From contig DAWERO010000001.1 of the NCBI GenBank assembly GCA_043390185.1, positions 317,692 to 341,691 of the forward strand: DNA of 24,000 nucleotides, in the 5' to 3' direction. The notes under the pieces are model-generated. The model made no database searches. It saw only the letters and a list, made by a program, of their open reading frames with translations, and had not been told where the DNA came from. The stretch's first letter is position 1, and each line of letters starts with the position of its first letter. Below are positions 16,968-24,000 of the stretch, in pieces. This stretch comes from Candidatus Azosocius aquiferis (GTDB lineage: Bacteria > Pseudomonadota > Gammaproteobacteria > UBA6186 > Azoamicaceae). A program made the translations under genes and the position numbers.

Positions 16968-17037
16968 GGCGTGTAGGATTTGAACCTACGACCAATGGAT
17001 TAAAAGTCCAGTGCTCTACCAACTGAGCTAACGCCCC
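16965..17037 (-). tRNA. tRNA-Lys (anticodon UUU), 73 nt, CCA not encoded
   Basis: The reverse complement reads GGGGCGT TA GCTC AGTTGGTA GAGC A CTGGA CTTTTAA TCCAT TGGTC GTAGG TTCAAAT CCTAC ACGCCCT A. It folds into a cloverleaf with a 7-bp acceptor stem (G1-U72 wobble), a 4-bp D stem, an anticodon stem with a C27/U43 mismatch and a 5-bp T stem. It is very similar to E. coli tRNA-Lys. Confidence 0.93.
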
Positions 17038-17053
17038 TAAATGTTCTAATAAT

Positions 17054-17082
17054 ATCATAAAAAAAAAAATACACAATAACAA
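17054..17082 (-). promoter_or_regulatory. Candidate promoter for tRNA-Lys
   Basis: The minus strand reads TTGTTA (17082-17077), N17, then TATGAT (17059-17054). The -10 element ends 16 nt upstream of tRNA position 1. The tRNA could equally be co-transcribed with aspS. Confidence 0.3.
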
Positions 17083-17112
17083 TTTATATAAATATAAATA
17101 ATAATTTTTTTT

Positions 17113-18915
17113 TTAATATTTTAAAATTATATTTATCCCTAAAATATCTAATTGATCAAAATTTAAAATAGATGGAGCTAAAGTTAACATACAATTTGAA
17201 GATTGAGTTTTCGGAAAAGCTATAACATCCCTAATAGATTTAGATTTAGTTAAAATCATTAATAATCTATCCAAACCTAAAGCAATTCCTCCAAAAATTG
17301 GAGCCCCAGATTTTAATGAATTTATCAAAAATCCAAAATCATTATTTATATCTACAACAGACATTCCTAATATTTTAAATATATCTTCTTGAAGTTGATA
17401 ATTATTAATACGAATAGACCCACCGCCCAATTCAAGACCATTTATAATCAAATCATAAGATTTTGATAAAACATCACCAGGAAAATTATTAATAAAAAAA
17501 TTATTATAATTATCTTTAGGACAAGAAAAAGGATGATGAGTAGAAGTCCAATTATTAAATAAAAAATTCCACGTAAATAAAGGAAAATCAATAATCCAAG
17601 AAAAATACCATATATTATTAAATTTTATTAAATCCAAAGACAACATTTGTAAAAATAAAAATAAAGTTTCATTTATAAGATCAAATTCATCAAATATAAT
17701 AAATACTATATCTCCTGAAAAAGACTTTAAATGTAAAACAATTTCATTAATAATTTCATAAGATAATTTACTATTATTAAATATTTTTAATTTAAAATTT
17801 TCATTATTTTTTTCAAAAATATTAATACAAACATAATTTTTTATATTATTTTCACTAAAAAATTTAAAATAATAATTCAAATTTATTTTACTCAAATCAT
17901 AATTTTTATTATGAAGAACAAAAGAAAAAATTTTATATTTTATATTTTTACAAATATCATTAAAATTTGATTTATAATTAACATATATATAGTTTGTGAT
18001 ATCTTTAAATTCAAAAAAATTTCTATAATCAGGTTTATCTGATTTAAAATAATATAAAGATTTTTTATAAGACAATTTAAAAAAAGGAAGAGAAACAGAT
18101 ACATTTAATAAATTAAAAAAAATTTCATAAATTAATTTTTCTATTAAAGAAATAATATAAAACTCATCAACAAAAGCCATCTCTAAATCTAATTGAGTAA
18201 ATTCAGGTTGTCTATCAGATCTCAAATCTTCATCTCTAAAACATTTAGCAACTTGATAATATTTATCAACTCCTCCTATAATTAATAATTGCTTAAAAAT
18301 TTGTGGAGATTGAGGTAAAGCAAAAAATGAACCAACATTAATTCTACTAGGAACAACATAATCTCTTGCTCCTTCTGGAGTAGATTTTGTTAATATAGGG
18401 GTTTCAATTTCAATAAAATTATTTTTATATAAAAAAAATCTCATTAATTTTATAACATCATTCCTTTTTTTTAAATTAAATTGCATATTTTTTCTTCTTA
18501 AATCTAAATATCTATATTTTAATCTAATTTCTTCACTTAAATTATGAAAATCATCTGGATAAAAAGGCAAAGGAATACAATCATTTATAACAATAATTTT
18601 AGATGCTGAAATTTCAATTAAATCATTTTTTATAATATTTTCATCTTTTTTTAAATCTTTTTTTAAAAAAACAAATCCATAAACTTGAATAACAAACTCT
18701 CTTCTAACTAAAGATATATTATAAAAATCTAAATTAGTAAAATTTAAAGAATCAGCTGTTACTTGAACAAATCCAGTACAATCTCTAACGGTAAAAAAAA
18801 TTATTTTACCAAAATCACGTATAAAATGTACCCATCCACAAATAATAATTTGTGATTTTAAATCACAAAATTCAACTTCACCACAATATTTAGTTCTAAT
18901 AATATTTAAAGTCAT
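17113..18915 (-). CDS. aspS: Aspartate--tRNA ligase
   Basis: The 600-aa ORF has an OB-fold N-terminus (CGWVHFIRDFGKIIFFTVRD). Class II motifs FRDEDLRSDRQPEFTQLDLEMAF and GGIALGLDRLLMIL are present. The bacterial insertion domain is also present. Confidence 0.96.
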   Translation of the reverse strand: MTLNIIRTKYCGEVEFCDLKSQIIICGWVHFIRDFGKIIFFTVRDCTGFVQVTADSLNFTNLDFYNISLVRREFVIQVYGFVFLKKDLKKDENIIKNDLIEISASKIIVINDCIPLPFYPDDFHNLSEEIRLKYRYLDLRRKNMQFNLKKRNDVIKLMRFFLYKNNFIEIETPILTKSTPEGARDYVVPSRINVGSFFALPQSPQIFKQLLIIGGVDKYYQVAKCFRDEDLRSDRQPEFTQLDLEMAFVDEFYIISLIEKLIYEIFFNLLNVSVSLPFFKLSYKKSLYYFKSDKPDYRNFFEFKDITNYIYVNYKSNFNDICKNIKYKIFSFVLHNKNYDLSKINLNYYFKFFSENNIKNYVCINIFEKNNENFKLKIFNNSKLSYEIINEIVLHLKSFSGDIVFIIFDEFDLINETLFLFLQMLSLDLIKFNNIWYFSWIIDFPLFTWNFLFNNWTSTHHPFSCPKDNYNNFFINNFPGDVLSKSYDLIINGLELGGGSIRINNYQLQEDIFKILGMSVVDINNDFGFLINSLKSGAPIFGGIALGLDRLLMILTKSKSIRDVIAFPKTQSSNCMLTLAPSILNFDQLDILGINIILKY

Positions 18916-19001
18916 AATATGGCCTTATACATAAAAAAAATAATAACAAAAATTGGAAAAATAAAATTTAAATATATAAACAAAAACAAATTCATAATAA
19001 A

Positions 19002-21806
19002 TTATAAATAAAATCTTTTTTCTCCAGAACCTAAATTTAAAAAACAACGAGAACAAATATAATTATCACTTTTAACACTATATACACGATGCCAACACCT
19101 TTCACACTTAAAATATACTGATTTTTTTATATCAATATAAAATTTAAAATTATAAAAATAATAATAATTAAACCTATTATCAATTAATTTTAAAATAGAA
19201 TTAGAAGTAATAAATAAAAAATTCAATTCATTTTTTATTTTAAATAATAATAAGTATAAATCAATATTACAATATAAATATATATCTAAATCTAAACATG
19301 AACCAATTAAAAAAATTTTTCTATAATTCTCTAAATATTGATTTACCAAATTTTTAATTAAAAAAATAATATTCCAAAAATCAAAAGATAATTTTTCAAA
19401 AAAAATAAAATCAGATATATTATCCCATTTAGATAAAAAAACAGATTTTTCAATATTATTTGGAATATACCCCCAAGCTTCTTCAGAAGTAAAACTTAAA
19501 ATTGGAGAGATCCATTTTATAATAAATTTTAAAATATAAAAAATAGCTGTTTGAGAAGATCTTCTTATTAAACCATCTTTTTTACAAGTATATTGCCTAT
19601 CTTTTATAATATCTAAATAAAACCCACCTAATTCATTAATACAAAAATTTTGAACTTTATGATAAACACCATGAAAATTATAATTATTATAATCAAAAAT
19701 AATGCTTTTTTGTAAATTAATACAATAGCCAACAATCCACTTATCTATTTTTAGCATATTTTTAAAAGAAATCAAATTATTAATTTCAAAATCAAAAATA
19801 TTTGATAATAAAAATTTTATAGTATTTCTAATTTTTCTATAACTTTCTACAATTCTACTTAATATTTCTAAAGATATATTAACATCACACTGAAAATTAG
19901 TAGAAGAAACCCATAATCTTAAAATATCTGCTCCAAAATCATTAATTAATTTTTCAGGAGTAATAATATTACCTAAAGATTTAGACATCTTATTACCAAA
20001 AGAATCTAAAACAAAACCATGAGTTAATACATTTTTATAAGGAGCTATATATTCATTAGCATTAGAAAGTAACAATGAAGTCTGAAACCAACCACGATGT
20101 TGATCAGATCCCTCTAAATATAAATCTAAAGGAAAAAATAATTTATTAAAAAAATTTTTTTGATAATTATAAACAGATCCAGAATCAAACCAAACATCTA
20201 ATATATCAAAAATTTGAAAATAATTTTCATCATTCAATAAAATTGAAATACTATGATGCCTCCATATACTAATCCCATATTTAGAAATCAAATAAAATAA
20301 TTTATCAAAAATAAAAAAAGTATATGGATGAATTTTAGAATTTTTATTCATAAATAAAGATATAGGAACACCCCAAATTCTTTGCCTAGATATACACCAA
20401 TCTGGTCGAGTTTCTATCATAGATTTTATTCTATTTATACCATTATTTGGATACCAATTAACAAAATTAATACTTTCTAAAGAAAATTTTCTTAATTTTT
20501 TTTTTTCCATACTAACAAAAAATTGATATGTTGATCTAAAAATCAAAGGTTTTTTATGTCTCCAACAATGTGGATAACTATGTATAAAATAATTATTAGA
20601 TAATAAACTAAAACTATTTTCTAAAAATTTAATTACAAAATTAGAAAGTAAATCTAAAGATAAATTTTTAAATTCACCAGATAAAACACATTTTCCACTT
20701 TTATCAATAATACTAAAAATTGAAAAACCATATTTTATACCAAGAATATAATCATCATATCCATGACCAGGAGCAATATGAACACATCCAGTTCCAAAAT
20801 CTAAATTTACATGTTTGCTAAAAATAAGAGGAACAATACAATTAATAATAGGATGAATTAATAAAATTTTATTAAAAAAATTTTTTCCAAAACATTTAGA
20901 TATTAATTTATAAAAAATAATTTTACAACGAAATAAAAAAGAATCTAACAAATCATAAGCTACTATTATTCTATTATTAAAAATTTGTATTAAAACATAA
21001 ATAATTTCAAAATTAATAGCAACTCCTTCATTTGCAGGTATAGTCCAAGAAGTTGTTGTCCATATTACAAAATTAAAATTTCCATATCCAAATAAAAAAA
21101 AATTTCTAAATGAGCTTTTATAACATAATTTGATTAAATCAAAATCATATACTAAAAATAAAACATCAATAATTTTAGATTCTTTTTCAAAATATTCTAT
21201 TTCTGCTTCAGCTAAAGCAGATTCACAAAAAATACACCAATATACAGGTTTTTTTCCTCTATAAATATGATTATTTTTTATAATTTTACATAAATTATCA
21301 ATGATACTAGATTCAAATTTATAATTCATTGTCAAATAAATATTTTTCCAATCAGCTAAAATACCTAATCTTATAAAACTAGATTTTTGTTTTTCTACTT
21401 GATAATTAGCATAAGATCTACAAGAAATAATAAATTCCTCATATTTAACATTTAAAGATTTAATTCCTATTTTTTTTTCTACATTTAATTCAATTGGTAA
21501 TCCATGACAATCCCATCCAGGAATATAAAATATTTTTTTTCCTTCCAAAATTTTAAACTTATTAATTATATCTTTCAATATTTTATTTAAAGCATGTCCT
21601 AAATGTATAAACCCATTAGAATATGGAGGCCCATCACAAATTATAAAAACATCATTTATATTATCATTTTCATTAAATTTAACAAAATTATATAAATCCA
21701 TATTTTGCCAATACATAATAATATTAGGTTCATTTATTGGTAAATTTGCTTTCATTTTAAATTTTGTTTTTGGTAAATTTAAAGTATCATTATAATAAAC
21801 ATTCAT
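19002..21806 (-). CDS. ileS: Isoleucine--tRNA ligase
   Basis: The 934-aa ORF carries the HIGH motif (FIHLGHALNK), KMSKS, the editing-domain WTTTSWTIPAN and a C-terminal zinc-finger region (CERCWHRV...CSRC). Confidence 0.97.
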   Translation of the reverse strand: MNVYYNDTLNLPKTKFKMKANLPINEPNIIMYWQNMDLYNFVKFNENDNINDVFIICDGPPYSNGFIHLGHALNKILKDIINKFKILEGKKIFYIPGWDCHGLPIELNVEKKIGIKSLNVKYEEFIISCRSYANYQVEKQKSSFIRLGILADWKNIYLTMNYKFESSIIDNLCKIIKNNHIYRGKKPVYWCIFCESALAEAEIEYFEKESKIIDVLFLVYDFDLIKLCYKSSFRNFFLFGYGNFNFVIWTTTSWTIPANEGVAINFEIIYVLIQIFNNRIIVAYDLLDSFLFRCKIIFYKLISKCFGKNFFNKILLIHPIINCIVPLIFSKHVNLDFGTGCVHIAPGHGYDDYILGIKYGFSIFSIIDKSGKCVLSGEFKNLSLDLLSNFVIKFLENSFSLLSNNYFIHSYPHCWRHKKPLIFRSTYQFFVSMEKKKLRKFSLESINFVNWYPNNGINRIKSMIETRPDWCISRQRIWGVPISLFMNKNSKIHPYTFFIFDKLFYLISKYGISIWRHHSISILLNDENYFQIFDILDVWFDSGSVYNYQKNFFNKLFFPLDLYLEGSDQHRGWFQTSLLLSNANEYIAPYKNVLTHGFVLDSFGNKMSKSLGNIITPEKLINDFGADILRLWVSSTNFQCDVNISLEILSRIVESYRKIRNTIKFLLSNIFDFEINNLISFKNMLKIDKWIVGYCINLQKSIIFDYNNYNFHGVYHKVQNFCINELGGFYLDIIKDRQYTCKKDGLIRRSSQTAIFYILKFIIKWISPILSFTSEEAWGYIPNNIEKSVFLSKWDNISDFIFFEKLSFDFWNIIFLIKNLVNQYLENYRKIFLIGSCLDLDIYLYCNIDLYLLLFKIKNELNFLFITSNSILKLIDNRFNYYYFYNFKFYIDIKKSVYFKCERCWHRVYSVKSDNYICSRCFLNLGSGEKRFYL

Positions 21807-21904
21807 GAATAAATCCTATAAAAATTAAATATATTAAAAAATTATAATATAATCATATAAATAATTAACAAAATAATATTTTTTTAAAATATGAAATATA
21901 AATC

Positions 21905-21931
21905 TTGACTTAAAAAGTATTTTAATACAAT
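21905..21931 (+). promoter_or_regulatory. Weak candidate promoter for rpsT
   Basis: The sequence reads TTGACT (21905-21910), N15, then TACAAT (21926-21931). The spacer is short, and other -10 registers are possible (CAATAT at N17). Confidence 0.25.
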
Positions 21932-21966
21932 ATTATATAAATTAACATATAATATGAGGTAGTATT

Positions 21967-22221
21967 TTGACAAATTTAAAAAAAAATATAAATCAATCAA
22001 ATAAAAAAAAAGAACATAATTGTAAACTAAAATCAGAAGCTAAAACATATATAAAAAAAGTAATTAAGGCAATAAAAGAAAAAAATCAAATAAATGCTAA
22101 CAAGGAATTTTCAATAGTCTCTTCTAAATTAGATAAATTATCAAAAAAAAATATTATTCATAAAAATACAGCAGCAAGACAGAAAAAAAGAATAAATAAA
22201 AAAATAAAACTAATGAAATAA
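21967..22221 (+). CDS. rpsT: 30S ribosomal protein S20
   Basis: The 84-aa ORF reads KTYIKKVIKAIKEKN...IIHKNTAARQKKRINKKI, which is S20. It has a TTG start at 21967 with GAGG (21956-21959) 7 nt upstream. E. coli rpsT also uses a UUG start. Confidence 0.9.
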   Translation: MTNLKKNINQSNKKKEHNCKLKSEAKTYIKKVIKAIKEKNQINANKEFSIVSSKLDKLSKKNIIHKNTAARQKKRINKKIKLMK

Positions 22222-22224
22222 AAA

Positions 22225-23232
22225 TTAAATATAATTATTACTAGATAAAAAAAAAGATATATCTTTACATAACTTTTTTAACCCATATCCTTTTAAAGAT
22301 GAAATAATAAAAATTGGAATTTTATAATAAAAATATATATATTTATATATATATAAAAGTTTATGTCTAGAAATAATATCTGATTTATTTAATACTATCC
22401 AAATATTTTTAAATAAAAAATATTTGTCATATTTTAATAACTCTTTTCTAATAATATTTATATCTTTATTTAAAAATAATATATCATTAGAAGATATATC
22501 TACAATATGAAGTAATAATTTAGATTTTAAAAAATGTTTTAAAAAATTATAACCCAAACCAACTCCTAAAGAAGCATTATTTATTATACCAGGAGTATCA
22601 GCTATGATAAAATTTTTATAATAATAAAAAACTACACCTAATCTAGGATAAATAGTAGTAAAAGGATAATTAGAAATTTTAGATTTCGATAAAGAAATTT
22701 TAACTATTAAAGTAGATTTACCAGAGTTTGGCAAACCAATTAATGCAACATCTGACAAAATTTTTAATTCTAATTTTAATATTTTAAATTCTCCAATTCC
22801 ACCTTGAGAATAATTATAAACATTTTTTTCTAATTTATTTTTAAATTTAAAATTACCAATTCCTTTTAACCCTCCACAAGCTACTAAAACTAATTTATTA
22901 TTAGATAAATCGCCTATAAATTCTTTAGTGTTATAATCAAAAATTTGAGTACCAAAAGGAACCTTTATAATAATATCTCTTCCACATAATCCCTTTAAAT
23001 TTTTACTTTTTCCATTATTTCCATTTTCAGCCTCATAAAATCTTTTAAAAGAAAAATCTATTAAAGTATTAATATTTATATCAGATAATAAATGTACATT
23101 ACCACCATTACCTCCATCCCCACCATCAGGAATTTTAACACTAAAATTATTTTTATCTTTTCTAAAACATATTGATCCATTTCCTCCATTTCCCCCTTTT
23201 ACAAAAAGGACAGCGCTATCTACAAATTTCAT
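22225..23232 (-). CDS. obg: GTPase Obg/CgtA
   Basis: The 335-aa ORF has MKFVDSAVLFVKGGNGGNG and a glycine-rich Obg fold. The G motifs GLPNSGKST, DTPGII and NKSD are present. It lies downstream of rplU-rpmA as in most bacteria. Confidence 0.95.
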   Translation of the reverse strand: MKFVDSAVLFVKGGNGGNGSICFRKDKNNFSVKIPDGGDGGNGGNVHLLSDININTLIDFSFKRFYEAENGNNGKSKNLKGLCGRDIIIKVPFGTQIFDYNTKEFIGDLSNNKLVLVACGGLKGIGNFKFKNKLEKNVYNYSQGGIGEFKILKLELKILSDVALIGLPNSGKSTLIVKISLSKSKISNYPFTTIYPRLGVVFYYYKNFIIADTPGIINNASLGVGLGYNFLKHFLKSKLLLHIVDISSNDILFLNKDINIIRKELLKYDKYFLFKNIWIVLNKSDIISRHKLLYIYKYIYFYYKIPIFIISSLKGYGLKKLCKDISFFLSSNNYI

Positions 23233-23243
23233 ATAAAAATAAT

Positions 23244-23489
23244 TTAAATAACACTAATTGTTTGACGATTTAAAGATTTTTTAAACATAACACGACCAGA
23301 AATTTTTGCAAATAATGTATCATCTTTTCCTTTACCAACATTTTTTCCAGGATGAAATTTAGTTCCTCTTTGTCTAACTAAAATATTTCCAGAAACCACA
23401 AATTCACTTCCAAATTTTTTTACACCCAACCTTTTAGATTTAGAATCTCTACCATTTTTAGTACTACCACCAGCTTTTTTAGTTGCCAC
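23244..23489 (-). CDS. rpmA: 50S ribosomal protein L27
   Basis: The 81-aa ORF has a GTG start (cac at 23487-23489) and reads [26 protein letters not shown]. An AGGA lies upstream. Confidence 0.95.
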   Translation of the reverse strand: MATKKAGGSTKNGRDSKSKRLGVKKFGSEFVVSGNILVRQRGTKFHPGKNVGKGKDDTLFAKISGRVMFKKSLNRQTISVI

Positions 23490-23529
23490 TATTTTATTCC
23501 TTATTTTTTATATAAAATATTAATAATAA

Positions 23530-23850
23530 TTAACATAAATCACTATTAATAGATAAAACTTTTACTTCTGTATACCATTGTCTATAACCCATTTTTTTCA
23601 TATGATGTTTTCTACGTTTAAATTTAATAATATTTATTTTTTCTCCCCTAAAATGATTTAAAATAGATAATTTAACATTACAATTATCAATATATGGTTT
23701 TCCTAAAAAAGATTTATCATTTTTAAACAAAAATAAAACATTCAAAATTTTTATTTCTTCCCCAATTGACAAATTTATTTTATCTATTTTAAAAATTTGA
23801 TTCTCAAAAAGTTTATATTGTTTTCCATAAGCCAAAACAACTGCATACAT
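23530..23850 (-). CDS. rplU: 50S ribosomal protein L21
   Basis: The 106-aa ORF reads MYAVVLAYGKQYKL...KFKRRKHHMKKMGYRQWYTEVKV, which is L21. AGGA (23860-23863) lies 9 nt upstream. Confidence 0.93.
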   Translation of the reverse strand: MYAVVLAYGKQYKLFENQIFKIDKINLSIGEEIKILNVLFLFKNDKSFLGKPYIDNCNVKLSILNHFRGEKINIIKFKRRKHHMKKMGYRQWYTEVKVLSINSDLC

Positions 23851-23886
23851 ATTTATTATTCCTAAAATAACATCTACAAATTTATT

Positions 23887-23915
23887 ATTTTACAAAAAAA
23901 TAATGTAAGTATCAA
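23887..23915 (-). promoter_or_regulatory. Candidate sigma70 promoter of rplU-rpmA-obg
   Basis: The minus strand reads TTGATA (23915-23910), N17, then TAAAAT (23892-23887), about 35 nt upstream of the rplU ATG. Confidence 0.4.
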
Positions 23916-23949
23916 GTAATATTAATATATATATTTTTATAACTATAAC

Positions 23950-23979
23950 TTGATAACACACTATATTTAATTGTATAGT
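23950..23979 (+). promoter_or_regulatory. Weak candidate divergent promoter for a gene beyond the right edge
   Basis: The sequence reads TTGATA (23950-23955), N18, then TATAGT (23974-23979). The target gene is not visible in the window. Confidence 0.2.
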
Positions 23980-24000
23980 TCATAAATTATAAAAATAAAA

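Noticed and set aside
16676-17082. Three ORFs (16676-16936 minus, 16825-17082 minus, 16838-17026 plus) around the apaH 3' end
   Set aside because: They are antisense to apaH or read through the tRNA-Lys gene. Strings such as GFEPTTNGLKVQCSTN and LAQLVEHWTFNPLVVGSNPTRP are typical translations of tRNA sequence.
23941-23980. Short inverted repeats upstream of rplU (AACTATA...TATAGTT; ACTATA-N8-TATAGT)
   Set aside because: The stems are 6-7 bp and almost entirely A/T. They are expected by chance in this composition and too weak to call a terminator or operator.
1-24000. Alternative genetic code (UGA = Trp), as in some tiny AT-rich symbiont genomes
   Set aside because: TGA terminates rpmE, rsmA, rplD and rsmE at homolog-appropriate lengths. 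All conserved proteins are full length under code 11, with Trp encoded by TGG.
1-24000. A hidden defence system, toxin-antitoxin pair, mobile element, prophage remnant or novel multi-gene cassette
   Set aside because: Every ORF above 60 aa that is not an antisense artefact has a clear housekeeping identity. Spacers are 233 nt or shorter and contain only one extra small gene, the zinc-finger ORF. No inverted terminal repeats, integrase or transposase fragments, or direct repeats were seen.

Overview
This 24 kb window is a very AT-rich, tightly packed stretch of a reduced bacterial genome. My calls cover about 22.7 kb. It uses the standard bacterial code: TGA ends rpmE, rsmA, rplD and rsmE, and every conserved ORF is full length with Trp as TGG.

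All genes are housekeeping:
- Minus strand: a fused str+S10 ribosomal block (rpsL-rpsG-fusA-tuf-rpsJ-rplC-rplD-rplW-rplB'), an HtrA-family protease, hemJ-hemL, fdxA-rsmE-ruvX, aspS followed by tRNA-Lys(UUU), ileS, and rplU-rpmA-obg.
- Plus strand: rpmE plus a short-form malic enzyme, a 51-aa zinc-finger ORF missing from the ORF track, tyrS, surA-rsmA-apaH, and rpsT.

Several protein signatures suggest an obligate endosymbiont of betaproteobacterial descent: a TyrS with GFDPTSPDIHLGH, HemJ, a 7Fe FdxA, a CPN-type zf-CHCC mini-protein, and EF-Tu, S12 and S7 that look beta-like. This is an inference from remembered family features, not a database search.

I found no mobile element, CRISPR array, defence island or novel multi-gene system, and every long ORF has an ordinary assignment. 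What deserves a second look are signs of genome erosion and compaction:
- rsmE is broken by a frame change inside an A7/T10/A7 homopolymer block.
- apaH is full length but nearly all its metallophosphatase catalytic residues are substituted.
- The conserved-looking 51-aa zinc-finger gene is untracked.
- Convergent genes overlap or abut at five junctions with no room for terminators.
- Strand-specific A/T bias makes plus-strand proteins Lys/Asn-rich and minus-strand proteins Phe/Tyr-rich.
- SurA is extremely degenerate.
- Synteny blocks look like E. coli operons with internal genes deleted.
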